A stretch of DNA of 63,211 nucleotides, filler included, from Phoronis australis (GCA_002633005.1; 11 parts of 11 records of this genome joined end to end with filler, not necessarily neighbours in it), one strand, 5' to 3'; shown: positions 23,500 through 36,661, counted from the whole stretch's first letter. The notes: generated by a model not told the origin, from the sequence alone. Numbers and translations: made by a program.

Positions 23500-24174
23500 C
23501 TGATGAAGCTCATAATCTCGTCACTACAGGATGCGCTTGTTGATTGCTTCAATTTTCTGTTGCTGTCATTGTCTGTTGCTTGACCTCAATCAGGGTTATT
23601 CATTGTCAGTTTCCGATAGAAGGTCAAGCTATAGGCGTGATTGTGAAGCTTGCCAGACTTCCGTGCAGGCAACAGTTTTGCCTTCTTCAGTTGGCACTTC
23701 TTTTATTTACCCACCCGAGACGCTCTAAGCATTCTGAGGTACTGGATCAGATATTCTCACCCAATATAACCACCCAAAAACCTCCTGTACACTGAGCCTT
23801 CCGATAGGGAAATCCCCAGGATTTTGACTACCCAGTGTCCATTTTCCGAATCGACAAGATATTGCATTGGTGTGGATTTTCAACGTGCTTAGCAACACAC
23901 CTTTGTCTTTTATGTGAAAGGGAGCTTGACAAACTTTCAAGGATAAAGTAAATTTTTATGTTAACGCAATCCCAGCATGATGTTCCTCTTCCTCGGACTT
24001 TGAGACAAGGTGCTGTTTTAATGAAGTTTGTTGCTTGTTACAGATCTCTTGAAAGCTCCATGTCTCTGAAAGTGTGTCACACCATGGATCTCTGGTGTTT
24101 ATTATGTCGGAGTAAATAGGTCCACTCTGTAACGGACTCGCGATGCTGGAGAGATACGCTCCTCGTGTGTATGA
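23500..24174 (-). pseudogene. Highly decayed non-LTR retrotransposon (L2/CR1-group) ORF2 C-terminus
   Basis: Frameshifted minus-strand pieces ESVTEWTYLL, IMLGLR, CQAPFHIKDK, LERLGW, KAKLL, AYSLTFYRK follow the order of LINE post-RT motifs. Confidence 0.45.
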
Positions 24175-25063
24175 NNNNNNNNNNNNNNNNNNNNNNNNNN
24201 NNNNNNNNNNNNNNNNNNTTAATTAATTAANNNNNNNNNNNNNNNNNNNNNNNNNNNNNNNNNNNNNNNNNNNNCATAAGTACCAACACAACTACCACAA
24301 TCCTGTATTAGCCTCATAAGTACCAACAATTACCCAACACCATCCTCTTAATCCTGCTGTTTTCATAAGGCGATATTCTACAAAAGTAAATCCAAACTTG
24401 AAAACTCAAAACTTCACCTTTTGCAGAGTTTATTGTCCAACACTAAAGAACCTGTTCCACGTCTTCTTGTGATACAGAGAATATCTTAAGAATTTTTCCA
24501 CCTGATGAGACAACGATCAACGTAAATGCCATGGAATTTCAAATCAATAAATCCGCATTAAAATTCTGTCATTGGTGCGACATAACGAGACCGCTTATCA
24601 ATTGAAATGAACAGTTAATCAATAAACGCTTCAGAATTTGGATATTTTTAAAGTTTAATATCATATTAGTTGCGCCCACTAAGATCAATTGTGCAGGGAT
24701 AAGCTTTGGATACCTTTGATAATGCAAAACAAAACAGTAATACTATATTGAGAGCAATAGTTCATTAATTCTTTACATTAAAAGACAGTGGGTGATCACT
24801 TAAAAACTTCAATGTAAACCTATCTCCAGTACTGATGTTCACACAATACCCTATCAGATGCTCTTTGGAAGCTTACCACATTCTTTAAAGTCCAAGAAGC
24901 ACACTTTGTTAACCCTTATTACATGGTTAGAGGATGTTAAAAGGATCCAAGAAGTACCCCATAACTAATACACAATCTGTAATCGAATAAAGTTTAAATA
25001 AACGCGCCACTCATGATTCGGACTTATCGCGAACCTGGAAGTACAATTCATTCAGGAACCCAG

Positions 25064-25213
25064 GCGTGCGTTCAGTAACGCTAGGACCTACGCTAGGACC
25101 CAACTAAAATCTAGACAAAGTCACGTGTTCTCACTTAAAATAAACGTCAATATCTCACGAAGTCTCGCGAATTCTTGCTTTTTAGCGAGGTCCTAGCGTT
25201 ACTGAACAGAAGG
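25064..25213 (-). mobile_element. Harbinger-like MITE, copy 4
   Basis: Reverse complement of 9155-9305; TSD CAG (25061-25063, 25214-25216); empty site in the sister repeat near 23025; followed by a ~72-bp tandem duplication (25199-25341). Confidence 0.85.
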
Positions 25214-26794
25214 CAGGCTTAGTATATATGCCATCTGTGCGACTGGAGCAGCATCTCAGTGTTACCAGCATTACTGAACAGAAGGCAGGCTTAGTATATA
25301 TGCCGTCTGTGCGACTGGAGCAGCATCTCAGTGTTACCAGCCCGCAAACTGGGATAAAATAATCGACATCGTGCCTTAACGTTCATAAAATCGAAATACA
25401 GACAATTGCATCGAAATTGCTGACGAAATGTAGCGAATAAATTTTGAAAGAAATTATTTTGCTGGACTCGGCCGGCCTGCAGCCGATCAGACCTGGTGCG
25501 GACAGAGACCAGACATTGGTGAACGGTAAAGGCATGCGGTTGCAAGCTGTTTTGTGGAAGTAAAACGTTCAAATCAAAAATGCCGTATACATACAAAGGT
25601 AGTTTCATACACTTGCATAAAATTACGGGCTGGTTAGTCCTGTGTCACACTGCCGCAGCAGCCCAGGTTAGCTAGCCTGCCACTGAGCTAGCAGTAAAAA
25701 GACTATCGTCAAAATACTGCTTGTCAGTTTTCAGCTTTGCGTCAAGGCCTACCGGCTCCCTGGCCACAGCGCACGCTCAAACGAGCTTAATTTAGAACTT
25801 GGGGTCTTCTGGCGAACTGTGAAAAGTTGCTGGCTTTCAAGAGAGATTTGCCCAGACTTTGCATGAGCACACCAAGTCTAAAAAATGGGGGCTCGAATCT
25901 TTGAGAACGTGTACCTTTTACTATAAGATTCACTGGGTATGTTTAGACTGAGCTACAAATTGCAGACACCGAATTTTGGTACTTCCTGCATTTAGTGGAC
26001 TTTAGTCTCATTTTCTACTTTTTTCGGAGTTATTGATTCTCTGACTGAAGCAGACCTTTTTCCATTTCTCCAAATAGGGGGCTTGTTCGACCACATAAGT
26101 ATGACAAGTCCACTACAAAATGTTATCATTTTTTTTATTTGTTAAACAGTGAGTACGAATGAAGTGAACTTACAACGGAACCACATCGATAATTGTAATT
26201 TGAGTGGAGGTGGAAATCTCGATGACAGAACTGCAAGAACCCATGAAATGAAAAACTTCCAGTGAACTTGGTTTTCAACTGTATGGTGTTTTTTAAATTT
26301 ATGTATTAATCTATTGAAATAATAGTAAACCCAAGACATCAAGAAATGTTGCCCGAAGATGCTAATGAACATATTATTTGTGGCAAGCTAATTATGTCAT
26401 CAAATGTATTACGTATTCCCTACGTCATTTTATCGACAGTATCTCTACTGTAAAGTTGATGTCGTGATTTAAGAAGACTTAGATTTCACATGCATGCCAT
26501 TTGGAAATGAGAATAGTCTACGAAGGCTTGTTCTGGCGGAAGCAAAAACAGACTAACAAGTCGTGTCTTTGGAACTGTCCTTTTGTAATGATAGATTTCT
26601 TAACTTTGGGATTGCGAATTCTTGAGAACAAAACCTGACAGAACAGAGAATGGTTATGTTATAATCTAGGTACATTTTGAAATGAGTGCGAGTGTGAAGT
26701 AGCACATTCCGAGATTCTCTGATAAAACGCCGTTCGCAAAAAAACGTGACGAGCCAACACGTCTGAGTGGCACTGGTTTCTGTCTTAAAGGACA

Positions 26795-26856
26795 TCAGCG
26801 CAGAGTCGAACCTGAATTGCTTGCATTAGAGCGAAATGCTCTACTGGCCAAGCTAA
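26795..26856 (-). repeat. Degenerate tRNA-derived SINE head
   Basis: Minus strand TAGCTTGGCCAGTAGAGC...CAGGTTCGACTC resembles A and B boxes. Confidence 0.35.
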
Positions 26857-27939
26857 ACCTCACTCAGTATATGATATAAACTATTCCAAGAGCATTCAAC
26901 TGTTCAAGTAACCACCCTTGATTTCAGTGAGTGTTTGTCAGACAACGGCGAGAATTTGTAATAAAATCAAAAAACACAACAGACACATTGTTTTTTAGCT
27001 CTGTTCAAAACTAAAAATCCCAATTACCAATAATTCCAAATTTGCTGTTCCTCGCTCATAAAAACAATAAATTGTCGCTTTAAACTAAGAAACCATCCAT
27101 CCACATTTGCCTTAAATGCATGAACAGCTGATGTGACGTGCAAAGGGACAAAAAATAAATTCGTCAATCATTCAAAACGATTATTAAATTAGCAACCGAC
27201 TAACACCACATGACACTGTCACGTTGACAGAGAAGCAACTGTCAATTAACCTCATAATTAATGGAGTTTGCAAAATCCTAACTTCAGCACCACAGCAGTT
27301 TGTAGGTGTTTCACAAAAAAGTCAAAACATCACGCTTTTACACACAGCTTAAATGGAGATTTGTTCCAAAAGTTCATAAATTCCACATAAAACTCGTTAA
27401 GTTATAACATTTTAATCAAACAAGCACAATGACAGGAGCCACGCTTTGTTTATGTGCCTCATATTCAAACAACTACTATCAATATATACATTCTTGTACA
27501 ATGCCCCAATTCAAATCCTTCCTCAACTTCTAAATACAAGGTACAGAATACCTTCTTATAAAATGGTCATATTGAGTCCCTGTCAACTTCTAAATGTCAC
27601 TATGTCAAACATAAATAAGCATTCAAGCACTCCCACAATGTTTGTCAATAAAAAATGAAGGAGTCATAAGACTAGAACAAGGAGGTCTAATAGATATGAA
27701 ACACCACTTTAGTTCATGATGCAAAACAGTTCATAAGAAGAGAACATCTTAAGACCTTTACAAGAATCAATAACATCAAAGGACAAGAGGATAAAATCTG
27801 GTTTATACGGAGAAAAAAATTCAGAAACCAATTTAAGATGCTCTCTTCAGTTTCCAACATTGAAACTAGTACGAAAAAGTGAAGTTTTAAAGGTTTTAAG
27901 AGAATAGCTCTTTTTTAATGAAAGCATTTCAAAATTTAA

Positions 27940-28423
27940 GGTCCTTTCATATTGACTTAACTTTGGTCTGAGCGGAGAGTCGATGTAAACAGCGCTGTTA
28001 ACTGGACCGTTCATACTGGCTTCGGTAGTTAATGAACATCGAAGCAAGCGGTTGGTGCCGCAAGGTAGCGTTGCACGCTAAGATTTTCTTCAACGTTTCA
28101 ATTTGGAAAAATTTACATGTGCTAAGTGACATTAAACTTATTTTTAAATCGATTGGTTATTATTAGAGCAAAATATAAACAGCTATTAGTGACGGCACTC
28201 CCCTGTAACTGTTGACGATAACAGTGGCACCTGGCGATAACTTCGATTGGACCAAGGTTAAGCGTTCATACTGCACCGCAGCGTCGACGCTGCGCTATTA
28301 AATCCACCTGTTAACTGTGATGTTAACTGGAGCTGTTAACTGCAATCCAGGACCGGAGTTAAGCTTTCATACTGACCACAACTCCCCAAACCATCGACGC
28401 GTCGACGTTAGTATGAAAGGCCC
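27940..28423. mobile_element. MITE (Harbinger- or Kolobok-like) flanked by TTAA; another 5' end at 49225-49247
   Basis: GGTCCTTTCATATTGAC / GTTAGTATGAAAGGCCC; TTAA at 27936-27939 and 28424-28427; internal TTCATACTG repeats. Confidence 0.75.
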
Positions 28424-29543
28424 TTAAGACAACATCTTCAATGGTCAACTAATCTCATTACCCAGATTTCAATTTCATCAAGACTACAATCAACAGATTT
28501 TCTCTGTAATTAGTTCTCGAATTACAGCAATTCAAAATGCAAAGCAATTTAAAACAGAAACAGCGTTCCTTTAAATCAATTGAATCCTCTACTCAAGTAA
28601 AATGAAACAGCCCTGACAAGTTCAAGTTCTTCAAAATTACGTGAAGTCTGACCTAATTGCAAACCAGTGTTCTCCACAGAAGCCAGTAAATGTCCCTAAG
28701 CAGCACAGTTCACCTCCCAATACAATCCTGTATAGTGCACAATTACCTTTAACCCTGACGATAAGAGAACATATATACCCAGTAAGTTCACAGGAAAAGT
28801 TCACTCGCTTAAAAATTATTATTCATGACAATCACAGAAATTAATTTCCCATCTTAAAGCACTTCGCACAACAAAATTACATATCTCTTCTCTTGACTGC
28901 ACTTGAATTAAATGACTTTTAAGAGAGGAAACCGTATTATGCACTTAACCTATTGAAAGCCGGCGTGGAGCACGTCTCGGATTGAAGATTAATCTAATGT
29001 ATGTATGTATCTATGCTTATCAAACGAAGATTGCAAATTGATGGTTATTAAAGCAAGCACAGTTTACGATGTTGCGGGGAAACCGAATTGATTTTGATTG
29101 AAGTCAAAGGACATCACAGCAAAATATTAGCAATTGCAACTGAGGTAAAATCTCACCAATTTCAAATAAAAATTAATACCAAAATTGCCCTCGTTTCATA
29201 TTCCATTTTTAAATTGTACTGTACATCTTCTCATTATGTGGTATAAATCCTGTAATATTGACTTTCTGTGCTTTCTTCACTGCCAAGAGCCTGAGTCATC
29301 TTTTACATCAACTAACGACGCCAGATACGAGATAAGCCTGCCGCCAATTAAGGCCATTAAAACAAATGGAACCTCGTATTCAACAAAACGTCTCTTAAGG
29401 AAAATTTGTTGCCGAGATACACCAAGCTCCTACACTGACAGACGGTGGAACTTAACATTACATAATCTTCAACTAGATGTATTGTTGAAAAAACTAACAT
29501 AGACACAACAGATGGCACTAGAGTGCAGCAGAAGTATAGACAC

Positions 29544-32500
29544 CATAGACATCTGAATACTATATACCGGGCGCACGCGCTACTGCAGCTGACAACTTGA
29601 CGCCATATTGGAGAGTGTTACTAGTCACGTAACACGGCTAATTGCCGTGTAAACAAAAGGGGCAAATTGCCCTTTTCAAGGCACGATATCTAACACATAA
29701 AGAGGAGGAAGAGTACGATTTTTTCCAGAAACATAAAAAACATGTGAAGCAACGCTTTCATGCGTTTGTTAAGAGTCAATCAGTCCATAGGGAAAATATC
29801 AAACTAATAGAAGATTGCAACCAGTGGCAGGCTTGTCGATCCACTGCGTTTTATTTTTTTTGTTTTCTTCAAGAGAAAACCAGTAAGATCGCGCAAATTT
29901 AACATTTGTGTCTCTCGATGCAAATACATTATATCTGGGAGACGTGCTGCTCACTTAGGACGCACTTTCGGGGTGCCCCAATAGGAGTCCTTTCAGTATT
30001 TAAAAATTACCCCTGGTAACTTTCTAAAATTAACATATGACCCGGGTCGCTTTTAATGAGGATCTAAAATTTAATGTGAACTACTGTGAAAACTGGCCTC
30101 ATTGTGGTCATTTAAATAAATGACACTGAGGTTTTTGAAGCCTAACTTCAACGGAATTTTGTTATTTTAGATGTATTGGGCTAACCAGATAGTCCTAGCA
30201 AAGCCTTAATAAAATAAGAAAACGCGAGTTCAATCACGCAAATGTAAGTCTGTCAAATGATAGGTGAATCTGCCTTTTCGCGCCATTTTGCATCACCGCG
30301 AGATCCCAGCACAAACAACAAAAGGCTGGTAACAGTTTTATTGAATAGGGGTCTGAACAGAAACCATTGCGTGCATGTGTTATTCGCAACTGTTTGAATG
30401 AAGGTGATTCTCTTGGTGATGTAGACAAAAGCAAGCCAATACGCCTAACAGCTCGTTACATTTGGCAATTGATGGCACCAGTGGGCTCAGAGCGATGCTC
30501 TTAACATACTGTAGGAACCAAATTCACAGGTGTTACATTTGAAGATAGGCTTTAAAGTTCAATTAGAGCGATCTCCCGTTCAGTGACTTCACAAGACGTA
30601 CAGTGGTTGTGAGCGTGTGATAACATCTAGCTCCTTTGTTAACTGCCCAGCACCAACAGTCTTTTGTCTGGCATGACAACATGCACTTCAATCATCTACC
30701 AGACGATATTACCGATCACATGTGAACACAGTCGAACCCAGTGCGTTGGTAGGTTCCCATAGAATAGATTGTCTTATCTGGGTGATTTTGGTGATTGAAA
30801 AACTATTAGGATGATCAGTATTTGATGGGGAATTCAGAAATGTCATTGGTTTATGTTCAAACATTTCATAACTTATTTTTAATAGCACAGTCCAATTGCC
30901 AGTGTAAAATATTGGCTACAGTGCATGGACGGCGCACCACAGGAGGCTGGGGTGAGGAACTATAGCTGCCCACTTTTTCAGTGCTGCGCCACCCATACAG
31001 CAGTCATATGCCCAACTTGTGCTATACAATCTAACAAGTTATTAGACTCAGCGGGAGAATGCCGTAATGTAAAAAGCAAAGAACACAGATTCACTTCCTT
31101 CCTGTGCATCGCTCGGGATTGCCAACATACAAATTTTCTTCTCCAGTGGTAGATCTAGGATACCATAAGGGGAGGGCAACATGTTGCCTCAGGGAATCCG
31201 GCAAAGCGTGATTGTATGTGCACAGACGGGCCGAAAGTTGTGGGAGTTGGGAATATGAGCCTTATGATCAAAAATTCTGTTGACTAATAACAAAAAAGAA
31301 AAACATGTACGCAACCTCGCTGCAATCTGGGCTCTCTCCCCTTCTCCAGTCTATCGGTCCTACTTGCTGAACTCAATATTTCCTCACGCTGTTGCGGTTT
31401 CATTTTGCTTGCGGCCGCCAAGGGGGGGGGGCGGGCCCCTCCCTAAATCCGCCTATGCTTCTCTCATGCACAGTATTCCTCTCACGGATCTGAAGCCCCC
31501 CTGATCAAGTGCCAGGTTGGCATTTTGTAGTGTCCCGTGTAATTACGTGCTCACAAAGAGATCAGCCCCTCTCCCACACATTACTTCGAACCGTTCCTAT
31601 CCATATATAGGCTATATTTCAAGCATGTCCAGCCGAGAAACTTAAAATAAATTCTTCTCTTACGCACGCTTGGCCTTCTCACAGTATCAAATTTGACTCT
31701 GAACAAATTAACCGGGGGTCATTTTTCACGAGGTAATTTTTTAATGCTACACAAGCTCGGTTGGGTATATTTCCACTCGGTTTTCAGTGGGAAATTCTGA
31801 ATTTTGGGTATACTATAGCTCGGATGCTTAATTCAGTCGTACAGGTTTGATATTTTGGTTACTATGCACTTTACTTTTTTGTGCAAGTTTTGAGTCGCAA
31901 AACAAAGAGCTCGTAAGCGAGCAGTGCAAATCTGCTGCAAAACTTCCAATATCAACTTCGACATGCGTACAGATTTTGCACTCAGTGACATGTTCGTTTT
32001 GATACAACAGAAAATATCTGATTTTGGAATACATATTAGGAAATGGGTTTTTAAAACAGCATATATTTCAACAGAGAATACATTATTCATTTAGATGTAT
32101 TGATTTGGACGGCTGGCGAGAAAGTTCGGGGATGTTATTTCTGAGAACAAGTAAAAATAAATATGATTATCATTGATACCAAATATTTACTTAAGTACAA
32201 TTAACAAACAGCATCATCATTGGGTAACAGCATATGTTGGTCAATAAATATCTTTTAATTGATCTTATATGGTCTCAATCACCAAGACTGATGTGGAAAC
32301 AACGCATAGTCACTCTGCTTAAACTGCGGTGGCAGAACATAACAACCTAGTGGCAGTACCACTAAACTCCTTGGCCGAACCAAAAATCCCATGACTCAAT
32401 GGCAGGACCAAAAAAACTTAACTCTTTGGCGGCAGACATAACACTGCGAGCCCCCGGATTTTCTGATTGATGCCCTAGGGCTTCCAGTGTTTTCCGCCAT

Positions 32501-32596
32501 TTTTGTCCTGTGCAACACTCTCCAATATGGCGTCATATTGACAACGCGAGCTGTATGTATCTGAGTGGCGCACGCCCAGTCTATGTGATGTCTATG
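29544..32596. mobile_element. P-element-like non-autonomous transposon (3053 bp) with nested MITEs
   Basis: Ends CATAGACATC / GATGTCTATG; 8-bp TSD ATAGACAC (29536-29543, 32597-32604); perfect 22-bp subterminal inverted repeat 29598-29619 / 32514-32535. Confidence 0.85.
31144..31457. mobile_element. hAT-like MITE nested in the P-like element
   Basis: CAGTGGTAGATCTAGG ... CCTAAATCCGCCTATG; CTTCTC on both flanks; 5' end shared with 56323. Confidence 0.6.
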
Positions 32597-33026
32597 ATAG
32601 ACACACACAACAATCCAATCTTATAGACTTGAAAAAAAAATCAACTGGCTGTAAGTTGACTAGAATCATGCCTTTTTGGAAGAGTGTTGCATTTTGAAAG
32701 ATGTGCCCGGGGGGGGCGCACTGCTGCCATGTACTTGCGCTTTTATATTTTTATGCACTAATGGTGCAGTACAGGAATATCCCTGCATCGGTTCACTTGT
32801 GTAGCAATATCAGTATAGTCAACGGAGTAGAAGCACCAAAAAGGGGGGGGGGGGATTGCAGAGCTAGAACTAGTTAATTACCAACCCAATGACCACAACG
32901 GTGTACTTACGTACATCAGTGTTTGTGCAGTATAAGTAAGAGCAGCACATTAAACAATGTGGTGACAGAGCTAGGGTTAAATCTATATTGCTGTGGTCGT
33001 ACAGATGAAGACCTGTGTGTACCTAC

Positions 33027-33098
33027 CTCTGCCAGTGTCCACTGCTTCCCTTTGTACACCTGTAGTGCCTGGCTGTAGGCTCTTAGGGAATGTTTCCT
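33027..33098 (-). CDS. TRAPPC8: TRAPPC8 internal exon (RKHSLRAYSQALQVYKGKQWTLAE)
   Basis: CAG acceptor, GTAGGT donor, phase 0-0; matches the KKHALRCY.QA.QVYKGK.W.LAE segment of TRAPPC8/Trs85. Confidence 0.92.
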
Positions 33099-33624
33099 CT
33101 GCAAGTTAGACGCACATAATGAAACGCTGCGTATAAAATTTGGAGTCAGTATGAAGATAGCATGCTCATAAATGACTCGCTGAAGAAATGGCATTAACGT
33201 TTTGTTGAACAATACCTTAAAGCAGGTGTGACCGCTAGCAACATTTCTAAGCTGACAACTTTCACAACCCAGACAACACAAAGAAATTTCCAAGCTTTAA
33301 TTTTACTTTAAATGTACACATGACAATATGTGTGTTTACAGGCTTGGACAAAATATTCAACAAGGCACGGGACTGTAAACACATGTATTGACAGAGCTTG
33401 ATGCAGAAAGCTATTGGGTAAATACATAGCAAACTTTGATTGTTACACAGTTCACAGAGATAAACAGTGATGGTTTAATTGAAAATTAAGTTGCAGGACT
33501 CTGTATAACCAAATTTGGATTTAAACGTCTTACCACAGTTACAAAAATGATCGCAATGAGAAGTGGTCCCTGGATTACAAGAAAATGACAGTTCGTCAAT
33601 TTTTTTACCATGCTCAGTGTCTAA

Positions 33625-33743
33625 AACAAGCCAATGCCCTGCCAACACTTATAACAAGCCAATGCCCTGCCAACACTTATAACAAGCCAATGCCCTGCCA
33701 ACACTTATAACAAGCCAATGCCCTGCCATCACTTATAACAAGC
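33625..33743. repeat. Intronic minisatellite, ~28-bp unit x ~4.3
   Basis: AACAAGCCAATGCCCTGCCAACACTTAT repeated. Confidence 0.92.
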
Positions 33744-33906
33744 AAGTGACAAACTGCCAATTCTTCACACGCCTAGACTTCACCTCTCATCAGAATAAGG
33801 CATAAATTTGAAATTAAGTTGTTAGTGATACGCGGCCTAAATCAAAGGTTAGTTTTTCCAACAAAGGCAAGTTTAAAGCCAATGACACGGCTCAGTATAA
33901 AGCCAC

Positions 33907-34230
33907 CCTGTATAACAGTGTGCCCCACCTGGCTGGCTTTGCTGAACATGAACCTTGTATTATGGTGTGCCCCACCTGGCTGGCCTTGCTAAGCCCAACA
34001 CCTATGTAACAGTGTGTCCCATCTGGGTAGTCTTCCTGAACCTGACCCCTGTATATCAATGTGCCCCACCTGGGTGGCCTTGCTAAACCCAATCGCTGTA
34101 TAAAAGTGTGCCCCACCAGACTGGTGTTGCTAAACCGGGCTCCTGTATAATAGTGTGCCCCACCAGGATGCCCAAGACTTGACCCCTGTACAACAGTGTG
34201 CCCTACCTGGCTGGCCTTGCTGAACCTGTG
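33907..34230 (-). repeat. 47-bp minisatellite derived from the TRAPPC8 exon/intron junction
   Basis: Unit GGTTCAGCAAGGCCAGCCAG|GTGGGGCACACTGTTATACAG.. in about 7 diverged copies, the first being the real splice donor. Confidence 0.88.
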
Positions 34231-34338
34231 CCCGGCCAGGATCATGTGGAATGCGTATTTGCGCACCATTGGCGTCTTCATGTTCAGGAAGCAATGAGCA
34301 GCCTGCTCCAGTAAGAGTGCACTGCGTAGATCTGACTC
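34207..34338 (-). CDS. TRAPPC8: TRAPPC8 internal exon (ESDLRSALLLEQAAHCFLNMKTPMVRKYAFHMILAGHRFSKASQ)
   Basis: Very close to the conserved DSDLRSALLLEQAAHCF..M..PMVRKYAFHMILAGHRFSKA.Q motif; TTTGCAG acceptor, GTAGGG donor. Confidence 0.96.
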
Positions 34339-34761
34339 CTGCAAAGGACCAGATCATACTGAGATGTCTCAACAGAAGACTCCAGATTCAAAGAAATGTG
34401 TGGGTTCCTGTATATTTAAAACAGTCATGCTTTCCATATCAATAGTTCATGTGAATTAAGTGATCAAAGCTTGATTAAGAGCAACACTTTTATGTCACTT
34501 AGTCCAGGAATGTTTAAGTACATGTGAACCCCCATATCTTTCATTATGAATGCTTCCCTAAAGCAACAACAACAAAACTACTCACTGGATGGTGTCAATG
34601 TTGACAGGCAAGTTTTGAAAGTTCCAAAACGGGAAGTGGATAAGTGCGAGAACTACTATTGATGGAAGACCCAAAACTTATGCTTGACTAAATGCAAGTA
34701 ACACCAAAAAGACGTAGCTTTACTGAGAACTTCAAATAACAGAGCCGGTCTCTGTTCGTAC

Positions 34762-34867
34762 CTCACTGGTGAGCTTGATGAGTTGCATGGCAGCCTCAGC
34801 GTACATCCCACGACTCTTCAGTGCTTCAGTGCTCATCAGCACTGCACGAGCTGCAAATTGAGGTGCT
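34762..34867 (-). CDS. TRAPPC8: TRAPPC8 internal exon (APQFAARAVLMSTEALKSRGMYAEAAMQLIKLTSE)
   Basis: TTTTTCAG acceptor, GTACG donor, phases compatible with both neighbouring exons. Confidence 0.92.
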
Positions 34868-35618
34868 CTGAAAAACGTATAGTATTACAGTGACTGACAG
34901 CCATGACAGTGATAGTTAAGTTTGACAGGCATCCTCTAATAATATACAAACATACACAACAAAATGGTTATTGACAGCTATGATGCATAAAAGTAGAGCA
35001 ATGACGTTTATGTTTGACACATCTGTCCCAAGATACAGCAGGATGATATCTGGAAGCCATGACACACCAAAGTGCAACAAAGAGATTTATGTTTGACATA
35101 CACAGGCATTTGAAACTCATTATGCTTCATTACCATACAATATTTGCAAAGGTTTGGGACAAAAAACTTTGCCAAGCCTTATCTCCGAACAAACAAAATC
35201 TACAGGCACCTCCATCAAAATGGTTGCACATGATTCTATGAAGTTGTATTTTCTTTTGATCACATTTAATGATTGTCCTTTAGTTGTGATCAGGCAATGA
35301 AATTTCGAAAACAATCACAAAACCCAAAATCATGGTAGCTATTTTAGCGCGGCTAAACAGTACCAGAATGCATACGCTAACGACTCGTCATGTAAATGCA
35401 CGCATCTCATATAATCCTGAAGTGAAGTTAGCAGTGAGCTGGAATTTATTTACTTGTGGGAGGAAAGGTCGTCTCCCATGACAAGGCAAAATAGCTTCAC
35501 TGAATGCGGTCTTTTCTGACATTCTTTTGAGATTTTTGTAGCCGCGCCAACACTCAAAAGCAGTTAAATGTGACAGATCTGTTTGATACTGATTATGTAG
35601 TTCCATGCTTATATGGTA

Positions 35619-36122
35619 CAGGGCTTGGAATGACCAATGACAAAAAACGCGGAAACTTTGAAACTTTTACGGCCCAAATCATCGCCCGATAACCAGCCTA
35701 GAACTGGTCAATGTGAACCTTTCCCCGACAAAAATCGGGAGGACTAAAAAAAAAACGTTACCACCATCAGTAGCATGCGTCTGCGTCCTTTTAGCTCGCC
35801 CGTCTACTCCCAACCCACACATTTTTGGCTGCAGAGCGGTAGTATTTGTCGCCGCGCTTAACAATAACACGAGACGCCATTGAAAATCACACCACGCTAT
35901 CCCAGATGCCCCAGCAATGTTGACAGTTTACGTTCCTCCGAACACAAAGAGCAACTTCCGCTTTTCGAGGTGAACGTCATCTGCAACGCCGCGGTAAGAA
36001 AGGAATTTACCGCGGAAATTTTATATCAAATCCGATTTTTTACGCGGAAATATTATAAAAAAGTGGAAAGCACATTTGAAAAAAGCGGAAATCCGCGTTT
36101 CCGCGGAAAATTCCAAGCCCTG
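35619..36122. mobile_element. hAT-like MITE with apparent 6-bp TSD in a TRAPPC8 intron
   Basis: 13-bp TIR CAGGGCTTGGAAT / ATTCCAAGCCCTG; ATGGTA at 35613-35618 and 36123-36128; subterminal CGCGGAAA repeats. Confidence 0.8.
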
Positions 36123-36661
36123 ATGGTAAGGAAATTCTGAGCAGACAGTTTCGGTCCAACCTTTATGTTTCATTACACAGACATAGTACTGAGATAGTGT
36201 CGTGTCTGGTGCCAGTGGTGGTTACAAGGAATAGTTGAGACTCAAGTGCCTGTGCTTTGACCCAAGACCTGAGATAGTATGGAAACCTACACAGAAAGAT
36301 GACTGCAAGAACTGTGTGTGACACAGAGGTCAATGGTTGACCATGTACCTATATAATGTAGACATATACATACCAATATGGTTAATGATAGCCATGTGTT
36401 TAGGACACATGACCTGCGATTAGGATAGTGAGGACACACATCCTCAACACGTTTGGCCACTGCCCAACATGACAACAACAAGTTAGCATTCTTGTCAACC
36501 TCCCACTGGACAGAAATTAGGTATAGGAAGTGGATTATGTGGAATTGAGCCAAATGGAATCAAATTAACGTAACTAGTAAACCTACATTAGGCAGCAGCG
36601 TAGCTACTCGTTTCCAAAACAGGGTTATATTTCAATGGTGGCAGAAAAAATGTCGACTCAC

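Noticed and set aside
22665-25652. Apparent 600-bp inverted repeat bracketing ~1.6 kb (giant-TIR element)
   Set aside because: The two arms lie on opposite sides of the linker at 24175-24274 and are clearly diverged; most simply two copies of a dispersed repeat.
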